Below, piece by piece: positions 1 to 9,906 of a stretch of 32,000 nt of DNA. Each line of letters opens with the position of its first letter. Position 1 is the stretch's first letter. The DNA comes from Methylorubrum extorquens (GTDB lineage Bacteria; Pseudomonadota; Alphaproteobacteria; Rhizobiales; Beijerinckiaceae), in the NCBI GenBank assembly GCA_900234795.1, contig LT962688.1, positions 2,280,001-2,312,000 on the forward strand, read 5' to 3'. The notes below the pieces were generated by a model. That model saw nothing but the letters and a program-made list of their open reading frames with translations. It had not been told where the DNA came from and did not search any database. The position numbers were made by a program, and so were the translations under genes.

Positions 1-1520
1 GGATGGGCCTGTCGATCCCCGAGGAGTTCGGCGGCCAGGGCCTGCCGCACGTGCTCAACACGGCGATGCAGGAATTCGTCTCCGGCGCCAACCTCGCCCT
101 CAGCATGTATCCTGGCCTGACGCAGGGGGCGATCGCCGCGCTGCTCGTCCACGGCTCGCCCGAGCAGAAGGCGACCTACCTGCCCAAGATGGTTGAGGGC
201 GCGTGGACCGGCACCATGAACCTCACCGAGCCGCATTGCGGCACGGATCTCGGCCTGCTGAAGACCAAGGCGGTTCCCAACGGCGACGGCTCCTACAGCC
301 TCACCGGCACCAAGATCTTCATCTCGGCGGGTGAGCACGACCTGTCGGAGAACATCGTCCACCTCGTCATCGCCCGCATCGAGGGCGCGCCGTCGGGCAC
401 CAAGGGCATCTCGCTGTTCGTGGTGCCGAAGTACCTCGTGAACGCGGATGGCTCCGTGGGCGAGCGCAACGCGGTGGCCTGCGGCTCGATCGAGCACAAG
501 ATGGGCATTCACGCCAACTCCACCTGCGTGATGAACTACGACGGAGCGAAGGGCTGGCTCGTCGGCCAGGAGAATCGCGGTCTGGCCGCGATGTTCGTGA
601 TGATGAACGAGGCCCGCCTCGCCGTTGGCGTCCAGGGGCTCGGCCAGTCCGAGGCCGCCTACCAGAACGCGGTCGCCTACGCGCAGGAGCGTCTCCAGGG
701 CCGCTCGCTCACCGGCGCGAAGGCGCCGGACAAGGCCGCCGACCCGATCATCGTCCACCCGGACGTGCGCCGCACGCTGATGCAGATCCGCGCCTTCAAC
801 GAGGCCGCGCGCGCGCTCATGCTCTGGACCGCCCTCAACTCCGACATCGCCCACCGCTCGCAGGATGCGGCCGAGCGGCAGGCGGCCGAGGACATGCTCG
901 GCCTGATGACCCCTGTGGTGAAGGGCGTGCTGACCGACCGGGGCTTTGCCAACGCGGTCGAGGCGCAGCAGATGTTCGGCGGCCACGGCTATGTCGAGGA
1001 ATGGGGCATGTCGCAGTTCGTGCGCGATGCCCGCATCTCCATGATCTACGAGGGCGCCAACGGCATCCAGGCGATGGATCTGATCGGCCGCAAGCTGCCC
1101 AAGGATGGCGGCCGGGCGATGATGGCCTTCCTCACCGAGGTGCAGACCTTCATCAAGGACCACGGCGAGGACGAGGGGATGAAGCCCTTCGTGGCGCCGC
1201 TCCAGCCGGCGCTGAACGATCTCCAGGCCGCGGTGATGTGGTTGATGCAGAACGCCTTCTCGAAGCCCGACAATGCGGGCGCCGCCGCCACCGACCTGAT
1301 GCACCTGCTGGGGCAAGTCGTGCTGGGCTACATGTGGGCCAAGATCGCGCGGGCGGCGCTCGCCAAGAAGGTGGAGGGCGCCGACGTCGAGCGGATGGAT
1401 GCCAAGCTCGTGCTCGGCCGTTTCTTCATGGAGCGGATGCTGCCGGAAACGAGCCTTCGCCTCGCCCGGATCAAGGCCGGCGCCGAGACGACCATGGCGC
1501 TGCCCGCCGAGGCGTTCTAA
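1..1520 (+). CDS. acyl-CoA dehydrogenase, long subfamily (FadE-like, ~600 aa class); 5' end outside window
   Basis: Track ORF 3..1520 is open to the window edge and shows strong G/C at codon position 3. It carries acyl-CoA dehydrogenase motifs (TEPHCGTDLG, GTKIFISAGEHD, MFGGHGYVEEWG, YEGANGIQAMDL) plus the extra C-terminal helical extension of the long subfamily. Confidence 0.9.
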   Translation, partial: MGLSIPEEFGGQGLPHVLNTAMQEFVSGANLALSMYPGLTQGAIAALLVHGSPEQKATYLPKMVEGAWTGTMNLTEPHCGTDLGLLKTKAVPNGDGSYSLTGTKIFISAGEHDLSENIVHLVIARIEGAPSGTKGISLFVVPKYLVNADGSVGERNAVACGSIEHKMGIHANSTCVMNYDGAKGWLVGQENRGLAAMFVMMNEARLAVGVQGLGQSEAAYQNAVAYAQERLQGRSLTGAKAPDKAADPIIVHPDVRRTLMQIRAFNEAARALMLWTALNSDIAHRSQDAAERQAAEDMLGLMTPVVKGVLTDRGFANAVEAQQMFGGHGYVEEWGMSQFVRDARISMIYEGANGIQAMDLIGRKLPKDGGRAMMAFLTEVQTFIKDHGEDEGMKPFVAPLQPALNDLQAAVMWLMQNAFSKPDNAGAAATDLMHLLGQVVLGYMWAKIARAALAKKVEGADVERMDAKLVLGRFFMERMLPETSLRLARIKAGAETTMALPAEAF

Positions 1521-1538
1521 GCACGCGCGAGACTTGAG

Positions 1539-1670
1539 CCCTCCCCCGTCTCGGCGGCGGAGGGTGGGGCGAGGGGAAGCGCCGCACCCGGCAAGATCCA
1601 GGCAAGACCGGAGCCGGCCCCTCACCCGCCCGCCCAAGCGGGCACCCTCTCCCGCCGAGGGAGAGGGGTG
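1539..1670. repeat. Intergenic cluster of GC-rich palindromes (CCCTCC...GGAGGG at 1539-1564; CACCCTCTCCC-GCCGA-GGGAGAGGGGTG at 1643-1670)
   Basis: Inverted repeats read directly. The 1643-1670 palindrome has the same CCCTCTCCC/GGGAGAGGG core as the palindromes at 9489-9515 and 9598-9626. The first hairpin may also act as terminator of the dehydrogenase gene. Confidence 0.6.
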
Positions 1671-1706
1671 ATCCGCGGCAGCGATGAAGGACACGAGGAA
1701 GCGCAT

Positions 1707-2915
<1,209 letters not shown>

Positions 2916-3042
2916 TCGGCCGGGCGGCGTCACGCCGCCGCCCTGCCCTGCCATCGCCGCGCAAACGCTGCTAAGGGCCTCCCACGCCGCGCCCTTTTTC
3001 GATCGGGTGCGGCCCCAGAACACCCATGGGAGAAACGCCACG

Positions 3043-3540
3043 ATGAAGTCGACAAAAGCCGCCCTGTGCCTCGCCCTCGTGCTGGCCCTGCCGCTCGCCG
3101 CGCGGGCCGACGACAACGCGGACAAGCTCGCCGTCGCCACAAAGCTGACCGAGAAGACGGTTCTGAAGAACCTCGATACCGGCTTCGGCGGCGCGCTCGA
3201 GAAGACCGTCTCGACCATGCCCGAGGACAAGGCCGAGAAGGTGCGCAAAGAGGCCAAGGCCGAGTTCGACAAGCAGCGCAAGGAGCTGCTCGAAGGCCTG
3301 TCCAAGCAGTATGCCGACAAGTTCAGCCTCGACGAGCTGAACCAGCTCGACAAGATCTACGAGGACAAGACCTACCAGAAGTTCCAGGCCGTCAACGCCG
3401 ACCCGAAGTCGGAGGTGAACTTGCTCTCGCAGGCGGTGGTGACCCGGCTCTTGAACATGCTGACGCTGGCGGCCGCCAGCGACCAGACCGGCGGCGCCCC
3501 GGGCGGCCTGCCCGGCGGCATGCCGACGCCCGCCAAGTAA
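3043..3540 (+). CDS. secreted/periplasmic protein, DUF2059-like
   Basis: ATG at 3043 follows GGGAGA. A cleavable signal peptide (MKSTKAALCLALVLALPLAARA/DD) is followed by a Lys/Glu-rich helical protein with an FSLDELNQLDKIYEDKTYQKF segment resembling DUF2059. The family call is tentative. Confidence 0.65.
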   Translation: MKSTKAALCLALVLALPLAARADDNADKLAVATKLTEKTVLKNLDTGFGGALEKTVSTMPEDKAEKVRKEAKAEFDKQRKELLEGLSKQYADKFSLDELNQLDKIYEDKTYQKFQAVNADPKSEVNLLSQAVVTRLLNMLTLAAASDQTGGAPGGLPGGMPTPAK

Positions 3541-3615
3541 GCGAGCAAGTAAACAGCTAAGTCAGCGGGCGAGGCAGGGATGAGCGGTGCGACGGGCAGC
3601 TTCGGGCGAAGGGCG

Positions 3616-4413
3616 TCAGGCGACGCGCTTCACCGGTGCGCCGTCGGCCGCGAAACCTGCCACCGGCGGCAGGGCTTCCAGCGCCGGACGGGCGAAGTGG
3701 TAGCCCTGCAGCAGGTCGATGCCGAGGCCGTGCAGCGCCTCGGCCTCGGCCGCGGTCTCGATGCCCTCGGCAATCACCGCGACGCCGAGCGCCCGCGCAA
3801 TCTGGTTGATGCCGGCGACGATGGTGCGGCGCCCGGCATCCGCATCGATGCCGCGCACGAGATCCATGTCGATCTTGATCAGGTCCGGGCGGAAATTGGC
3901 CAGCAGGCCGAGGCCCGCATAGCCCGCGCCGAAATCGTCGAGCGCCGTGAAGAAGCCCTGCCGCCGGTACTCCGTGACGATGCGCTGGACATGGGCGATG
4001 TCGTGGAAGCGCTCGTTCTCGGTGAATTCGAAGTTGAGGCGCCCGTTGTCGAAGCCGACGCGGCGGGCGGCCTCCAGCGAGGCGCGGATGCAGGCCGCCG
4101 GCTCGTACACGGCGTTCGGCATGAAGTTGATCGACAGCTTGGTGTCGCCGCCGGGCGGGAACAGGCGTCCGGCCAGTTCGATCGCCTTGACCCGCGCCGC
4201 CTGATCGAAGCGGTAGAGCGTCTCGTCGGTGACCCGCGACAGGATCGAGCCGGCCGACTGGCCGTCCGGTCCGCGCACCAGCGCCTCGTAGCCCCAGACG
4301 CGCGCGTTGGCGACGTCGACGATGGGCTGGAAGGCCATGGTGAAGGAAAAGTCGAGATCCGCACCGTCGCGGCAGGCTCGGCAGGCGGTTCGCGGTGTGG
4401 CGTCCGTCTTCAT
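3616..4413 (-). CDS. stand-alone EAL-domain protein (putative c-di-GMP phosphodiesterase)
   Basis: The full set of EAL signature residues is readable: FQPIV, YEALVR, SINF, EFTENE, DDFGAGYAG, KIDMDLV, EGIET, QGYHFARP. I chose the ATG at 4413 (MKTDATPRTACRACRDG...); an alternative ATG at 4467 has an upstream GGGAAGGGGG. The longer track start at 4749 would overlap the divergent fadB-like gene. Confidence 0.85.
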   Translation of the reverse strand: MKTDATPRTACRACRDGADLDFSFTMAFQPIVDVANARVWGYEALVRGPDGQSAGSILSRVTDETLYRFDQAARVKAIELAGRLFPPGGDTKLSINFMPNAVYEPAACIRASLEAARRVGFDNGRLNFEFTENERFHDIAHVQRIVTEYRRQGFFTALDDFGAGYAGLGLLANFRPDLIKIDMDLVRGIDADAGRRTIVAGINQIARALGVAVIAEGIETAAEAEALHGLGIDLLQGYHFARPALEALPPVAGFAADGAPVKRVA

Positions 4414-4534
4414 GATCCGTCTGGGGGCTGGTGTGGAGAGCCGGGTCCAGTCGCGCACCCGTTGCATCCCCCATGACGGCCCCCTTCCCTTAAGAATCCG
4501 ATACGGCCAGGCTCTTTTCCTTCGAGGCTCCGCG

Positions 4535-6736
4535 ATGACCGCAACCGAGAATTTCCGCTTCGAGACCGATGCCGACGGCATCGCGCTCGCGACCTGGGAC
4601 ATGCCGGGCCGTTCGATGAACGTCATCACCATGGAGGTGATGGCGGAGCTGGAGCGGATCGTCGACGCGGTCGTCGCCGACGAAGCCATCAAGGGCTGCG
4701 TCATCGTCTCGGGGAAGAACAACTTCTCCGGCGGCGCCGACCTCACCATGCTTCAGGGCCTCGGGGTCGAGTACGAGCGGCTGAAGGCGAGTGAGGGCGA
4801 GGAGGTGGCCATGCGCCACTTCTTCGAGGAGTCGCGACGCCTCAGCCTCGTGTTCCGCAAGCTCGAGACCTGCGGCAAGCCGTTCGCGGCGGCGGTGCAC
4901 GGCCTGTGCCTCGGCGGCGCCTTCGAACTGGCGCTGGCCTGCCACCACCGGGTGCTCGCCGACGACGACAAGACCCGCGTCGGCCTGCCCGAGATCAAGG
5001 TCGGCCTGTTCCCCGGCGGCGGCGGCACGCAGCGCGTGTCCCGTCTGATGCAGACCGGCGACGCGCTGCAGATGCTGTTCAAGGGCGAGCAGATCCGCGC
5101 GCTCATGGCCAAGAACATGGGGCTGGCCCACGCCGTCGCCCCGGCCGGGGAGATTGTCGAGCGGGCCAAGGCCTGGATCCGCGAGGGCGGCTCGGCGGTG
5201 GCACCGTGGGACGTGCCGAAGTTTAAGGCGCCGTCCGGAAAGGTCTACTCGCCCGCCGGCATGATGATCTGGCCGCCGGCCAACGCGATCTACCGCCGCG
5301 AGACCCACGACAATTACCCGGCCGCCAAGGCGATCCTGGCCTCGGTCTACGAGGGCCTGCAGCTGCCGATGGATCTCGGCCTTCGGGTCGAGAGCCGCTA
5401 CTTCGCCCATATCCTGCGCACCAAGGAAGCGCAGGCGATGATCCGCACCCTGTTCATCTCCATGGGTGAGATCAACAAGGGCGCCCGCCGCCCGAAGGAC
5501 GTGGAGGCGACCAAGGTCGGCAAGGTCGGCGTCATCGGCGCCGGCTTCATGGGCGCGGGTATCGCCTACGTCACGGCGCAGGCCGGGATGCAGGTCGTGC
5601 TGATCGACCGCGATCAGGAGGCGGCCGATGCCGGCAAGGCACATTGCCACAAGCTCATCACCGGCCAGATCAACCGCGGCAAGGCCAAGACCGCCGACCG
5701 CGACGCGCTGCTCGCCCGCATCACCGCCACGCCCGATTACGGCGCCCTGTCCGATTGCGACCTCGTGATCGAGGCGGTGTTCGAGGACCCGAAGGTCAAG
5801 GCCGAGGTGATCGCCAAGGTCGAGGCGGCGCTGCCGGCGCACGCGATCTTCGCCTCCAACACCTCGACCCTGCCGATCTCCGGCCTCGCTCAGACCTCGA
5901 AGCGCCCCGAGCAGTTCGTCGGCATCCACTTCTTCTCGCCGGTGGAGAAGATGCTGCTCGTGGAGATCATCCGCGGCAACCAGACCGGAGACCGCGCGGT
6001 GGCCACCGCCCTCGACTACGTGCGCGCGATCAAGAAGACCGGCATCGTCGTCAACGATTCCCGCGGCTTCTTCGCCAACCGCTGCGTGCTCGCCTACATC
6101 CATGAGGGCCACAAGATGCTCACCGAGGGCGTGCCCCCGGCGATGATCGAGAACGTAGCGCGGATGGCCGGCATGCCGGTCGGCCCGCTCTCGCTCAACG
6201 ACGAGGTGGCGCTCGATCTCGGCCTCAAGATCATGCGGGCGACCGAGGCGCAGCTCGGCGAGGGCGCCGTCGATCCGGACCAGAAGCGGCTCCTCGTCGC
6301 GATGGTCGAGACGCATGGCCGGCTCGGGCGCAAGAACAAGCGCGGCTTCTACGACTACCCCGAGGGCGGCCAGAAGACGCTCTGGCCGGGGCTCGCCGAG
6401 ATCCAGCCGAACCGGCTCGACCCGGAGGGCATCGACATCGACGAGCTGAAGCACCGCTTCCTCGTGGTGCAGGCGCTGGAGGCCGCCCGAACGATGCAGG
6501 AGGGCGTGGTGACCGATCCGCGCGAGGCGGATGTCGGCTCGATCCTCGGCTTCGGCTTCGCCCCGTTCACCGGTGGCGCGCTCTCCTACATCGACTTCAT
6601 GGGCGCGAAGGCCTTCGTGGCGCTGGCCCAGCAGCTGGAGGCCCGGCACGGCGCCCGTTTCACCCCGCCGGACAACCTCCTGGCGATGGCCGAATCCGGG
6701 GCGCGCTTCTACGACGCGCTGAAGCAGGCGGCGTAG
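4535..6736 (+). CDS. fused enoyl-CoA hydratase / 3-hydroxyacyl-CoA dehydrogenase (FadB/FadJ-like, 733 aa)
   Basis: ATG at 4535 (MTATENFRFETDADGIA). The protein has an N-terminal crotonase fold (GKNNFSGGADL, LGGAFELALACH), a central NAD-binding GVIGAGFMGAGIA motif and a 3-hydroxyacyl-CoA dehydrogenase C-terminal region. Codon-position-3 G/C bias is strong. Confidence 0.9.
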   Translation: MTATENFRFETDADGIALATWDMPGRSMNVITMEVMAELERIVDAVVADEAIKGCVIVSGKNNFSGGADLTMLQGLGVEYERLKASEGEEVAMRHFFEESRRLSLVFRKLETCGKPFAAAVHGLCLGGAFELALACHHRVLADDDKTRVGLPEIKVGLFPGGGGTQRVSRLMQTGDALQMLFKGEQIRALMAKNMGLAHAVAPAGEIVERAKAWIREGGSAVAPWDVPKFKAPSGKVYSPAGMMIWPPANAIYRRETHDNYPAAKAILASVYEGLQLPMDLGLRVESRYFAHILRTKEAQAMIRTLFISMGEINKGARRPKDVEATKVGKVGVIGAGFMGAGIAYVTAQAGMQVVLIDRDQEAADAGKAHCHKLITGQINRGKAKTADRDALLARITATPDYGALSDCDLVIEAVFEDPKVKAEVIAKVEAALPAHAIFASNTSTLPISGLAQTSKRPEQFVGIHFFSPVEKMLLVEIIRGNQTGDRAVATALDYVRAIKKTGIVVNDSRGFFANRCVLAYIHEGHKMLTEGVPPAMIENVARMAGMPVGPLSLNDEVALDLGLKIMRATEAQLGEGAVDPDQKRLLVAMVETHGRLGRKNKRGFYDYPEGGQKTLWPGLAEIQPNRLDPEGIDIDELKHRFLVVQALEAARTMQEGVVTDPREADVGSILGFGFAPFTGGALSYIDFMGAKAFVALAQQLEARHGARFTPPDNLLAMAESGARFYDALKQAA

Positions 6737-6746
6737 CGATCAGGCT

Positions 6747-6769
6747 GGCCCTCCCTCATGGGGAGGGCC
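6747..6769 (+). terminator. GC-rich hairpin downstream of the fadB-like gene
   Basis: GGCCCTCCC-TCATG-GGGAGGGCC forms a 9-bp stem 11 nt after the stop codon. There is no clear U-tract. Confidence 0.4.
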
Positions 6770-6838
6770 GCCATGCGGAACCGAAAAGCTCCGCTTTCGT
6801 TCACCGCCCGACCGCACTGAGTGAACTGGAGTTTCCCG

Positions 6839-7003
6839 TTGTCGACCCTCATCAAGATCCTGATCGCGTTCTTCCTGCCGCCGATCTCGGTGCTGATGAC
6901 GCATGGATTCGGGATTCAATTCCTCTTTAACATCCTGCTCTGCCTGCTGTTCTATCTACCGGGCTCGATCCACGCGCTCTACCTGCTGCTGAGCGACCGC
7001 TGA
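6839..7003 (+). CDS. Pmp3/YqaE (UPF0057) family small membrane proteolipid
   Basis: STLIKILIAFFLPPISVLM...FLFNILLCLLFYLPGSIHALYLL matches the two-helix Pmp3 pattern (LPP...G, YxPGxxHAxY). TTG at 6839 lies 7 nt after GGAG. The alternative GTG at 6821 is the track start. Confidence 0.75.
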   Translation: MSTLIKILIAFFLPPISVLMTHGFGIQFLFNILLCLLFYLPGSIHALYLLLSDR

Positions 7004-7125
7004 TCCGCTGATCGAGCGGAGCTGAGCATCCTGCTCGGCTCCCGGACGATCCCTTGAGCCGGGTCGCTTGAGCGACCCGGACGTCAGACCCGGCCGATCG
7101 AAGGATTGCCGGAGGCTGAGGGCCG

Positions 7126-7572
7126 ATGCTTCGTCTCCTGCTCCCCTTCCTCTTCGCCATCGCGGCGGGCGTCAGCATCGTCGTCCAGCAGGTGCTGAAT
7201 GCCCGCCTGCGCGCGGATCTCGGCTCCGCGGCCTGGGCCGGTTTTGCGAGCTACGCCGCCGGCCTCGCCTGCATGGCGCTGCTCGCTCTCGCTCTGCGCG
7301 ATCCCCTGCCCGCAGCCGGCGTGGCGGCGCGGGTGCCGTGGTGGGCCTGGAGCGGCGGCCTGTTCGGCGCGCTCTTCATCGGGCTGGCCATCGTTCTCGT
7401 GCCGCAATTGGGCGCGGCGGCCTTCATCGCACTCCTCGTCGCCGGGCAGATGCTCGCCTCGGTCACCTTCGATCATTTCGGCTGGATGGGCCTCGCCCAG
7501 CGCTCCCTCGACGGTCCGCGCCTGATCGGCGTCGCCCTGCTCGTTGGCGGCGTGATTCTGATCCGGCGCTGA
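7126..7572 (+). CDS. DMT-superfamily membrane protein, YdcZ/DUF606-like
   Basis: 148-aa polytopic hydrophobic protein with ...VVQQVLNARL..., ...GGLFGALFIGLAIVLVPQLGAA... and a C-terminal LIGVALLVGGVILIRR, as in YdcZ-type half-size DMT proteins. Confidence 0.8.
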   Translation: MLRLLLPFLFAIAAGVSIVVQQVLNARLRADLGSAAWAGFASYAAGLACMALLALALRDPLPAAGVAARVPWWAWSGGLFGALFIGLAIVLVPQLGAAAFIALLVAGQMLASVTFDHFGWMGLAQRSLDGPRLIGVALLVGGVILIRR

Positions 7573-7580
7573 AAGCGGCC

Positions 7581-8045
7581 TCAAGCGCCGACGGCGTGCA
7601 GCGCGATCTCGCGCCGATGCGCCCGGTCGCGATGCTCGATCAGGTAGATCCCCTGCCACGTGCCCAGCACCAGGCGACCGTCGCGCACGGGAATGGTGAG
7701 ACCCGAATCGGTCACCATCGTGCGGATATGGGCGGGCATGTCGTCCGGACCCTCCATGCCGTGAACGTACTGACCGTGCCGCGGCGCGAAGCCGTCGAGC
7801 GCGGTCATCAGATCGATGCGCACATCCGGATCGGCGTTCTCCTGGATCGTCAGCGAGGCCGAGGTGTGCCGGCAGAACACGCTGACGAGGCCGGAGCGGA
7901 GGCCGCTCTCCGCGACGAAATCCGCAACGGCCTCGGTGATCTCGGTAAAACCCGGGCCGGGCGTGGCAACTGTCACCCGCGCACTCGCCTGCCGGGTCAC
8001 TTCGGCTGTCAAAAAAGCCTTCGAGCGGCCCGATCTTCCCGCCAC
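7581..8045 (-). CDS. YjbQ/UPF0047 family protein (secondary thiamine-phosphate synthase-like)
   Basis: Conserved blocks HTSASLTIQENADPDV, GPDDMPAHIRTM and GTWQGIYLIEHR are present. The start is uncertain: GTG at 8045, or in-frame TTG/GTG 30-40 nt downstream. It lies 15 nt after the ligase stop on the same strand. Confidence 0.85.
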   Translation of the reverse strand: MAGRSGRSKAFLTAEVTRQASARVTVATPGPGFTEITEAVADFVAESGLRSGLVSVFCRHTSASLTIQENADPDVRIDLMTALDGFAPRHGQYVHGMEGPDDMPAHIRTMVTDSGLTIPVRDGRLVLGTWQGIYLIEHRDRAHRREIALHAVGA

Positions 8046-8060
8046 TTCTGCCCGCCTGCC

Positions 8061-9906
8061 TCATTCCGATGCCTCCATCGCCGCGCCCGGCGCGACCTCA
8101 CGCTCGCCGCGCGCCAGAATCCGTTCCAGCACATCGACCCGGTCGGCCTCTGCGGCCGGCTTGTCCCAGCGGATGCGGCTGACGCGGGGGAAGCGCATCG
8201 CCACGCCGGATTTGTGCCGGGTCGAGCGCTGCACGCCCTCAAAGGCGATCTCCAGCACCAGCCCGGCCTCGCGGCCATAGGCGACCTCGCGCACCGGGCC
8301 GAAGCGCTTGGTCGTGTGGTTGCGGACGTAGCGGTCGAGCTTCTGCAACTCGGCATCGGTGAAGCCGTGATAGGCCTTGCCGACCGGCACCAGCTCCTCG
8401 CCTTCCGCCCCCCTCGCGCCAGCAGCCGAAGGTGTAGTCCGAGTAGAAGGACGAGCGCTTCCCGTGGCCGCGCTGGGCGTACATCATCACGGCATCGACC
8501 ACGTAGGGCTCGCGCTTCCACTTCCACCACGGACCCTTGGGGCGGCCCGGCAGGTAGGGGCTGTTGAGCCGCTTGAGCATTACGCCCTCGATGGCGTCGG
8601 CATCCGCGCCGGCCCCCGCCGAGGCCGGGTCGGCGCGGGCGGCGGCCACCTCGTCCCAGGTTGCGAAGGGGACGAGCGGCGAGAGATCGATCCGGGCATG
8701 GTCGAGCCGCCGCACCAGGGCCTCCAACCGGGGACGGCGCTCGGCGAAGGGCAGCGGGCGCAAGTCCTCGCCCTCGGCCGCCAGCACGTCGTAGGCGCGG
8801 ACATGGGCCGGGAACTCCTCCAGGAGCTTGCCCGTCACCGCCTTCCGGTTGAGCCGCTGCTGGAGCACGTTGAAGCTCTGGACCCGCCCCTCGCGCAGGA
8901 TCAGCAATTCGCCGTCGATCGCGCCGTCGAAGGTGATCGCCTCGGCGAGGTCGGGGAACGCGTCTGAAATGTCCTCACCGGTGCGCGAGTAGACCTTTTG
9001 GACCTGCCGGCCCTGGCCGTCGCGCCCGCCCGCGAGCTGGACGCGGATGCCGTCCCATTTCCACTCCGCCGAGAACGCCTCCGGTTCGAGCTTGTCGAGG
9101 TCTTCGAACTCCTCCACCGGGTGCGAGAGCATCGGCGGCCGGAACGGGGCCGGGTTACGGCTCTCCGGCCGCTCGCCCCGGCTCTCCACCCAGGCGAACA
9201 GCTCGGTGTAGGGCGGTTTCAGCCCGTGCCAGACTTCCTCGACCGCATCCGCCTCGTGGCCGCCGAGCGCGCCGACCGCCGTCTTGGCCAGACGGGCCGA
9301 GACGCCGACGCGCAGGTTGCCGGTGACGAGCTTGAGGAGCGCCCAGCGCCCGGTCTCGTCGAGAGCGTCGAGCCAGTGGGCGAGATGCTGGGGCAGTTCG
9401 CGCTTCGGGGTGGTGGCGAGTGTTTCGACGACTTCGGCGAGGGTGGGGACGGAGGGCGGCGGGTTGTTGTGGCCCGGACCGGGGGGATCCCCTCTCCCCG
9501 CTTGCGGGGAGAGGGCTCTGCCGACCTCGTCGTCGGCAGAGCGAGCCGGCAGGCGGCGGTGAGGGGGCGATTCCGAAAGAGCCTCATCCTTCAAGGCACC
9601 CTCTCCCCGCATGCGGGGAGAGGGGTTCTCCTCCGGCCCCGGCCAGATCAGCGCCGTGGTCTCGGCGAGATCGCCGACATAGTTGTGCGAGAGCGAAAAC
9701 AGCACCGGATCGACCCGCTCTTCCACCAGGCCGCGGATCAGCGCCGGCTTGGCCTCGCGGAAGGTGAGGCCGCCGGTCATGGCGGCGAGCGCCCAGCCGC
9801 GCTCCGGGTCGGGGGTGCCGGCGAAGAAATCCTGGAGCAGGCGCAGCTTGGCGTTGCGGCGCGGCTCGTAGGCGAGGCGGTCGAGGAGGTGGGCGAAGTC
9901 GTTCAC
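8061..9906 (-). pseudogene. ATP-dependent DNA ligase (ligase-associated DNA damage response type), reading frame broken at a C6/G6 run
   Basis: A GTG start at 9906 overlaps the exonuclease stop (GTGA). The adenylation motif I is AEWKWDGIR, followed by later nucleotidyltransferase motifs (EGVMLKR, WWKWK). The OB-fold C-terminus (LVPVGKAYHGFTDAEL...RHKSGVAMRFPR...RWDKP) is in a different frame (track ORF 8061..8390). The two frames join at 8408-8413. Confidence 0.85.
9481..9630. repeat. Composite palindromic repeat element lying in-frame inside the ligase coding sequence
   Basis: Three hairpins are readable: CCCCTCTCCCCGCTTGCGGGGAGAGGG (9489-9515), CTGCCGAC-CTCGTC-GTCGGCAG (9518-9539) and ACCCTCTCCCCGCATGCGGGGAGAGGGGT (9598-9626). 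On the minus strand they translate as ...NPSPRMRGEG...RALSPQAGRGD.... Confidence 0.65.

Noticed and set aside
4490-6649. 719-aa ORF antisense to the fadB/fadJ-like gene
   Set aside because: Its composition is Arg/Gly/Ala/Leu-rich with no recognisable motifs, and its codon position 3 is not the G/C-rich position. The opposite strand encodes a complete, motif-rich enzyme. This is a typical high-GC shadow ORF.
7068-8567. ORFs 7068..8567 (+) and 7084..8064 (-) overlapping the DMT, yjbQ and ligase genes
   Set aside because: They cross several real gene boundaries, have a biased Arg/Pro/Ala composition and show no family signatures.
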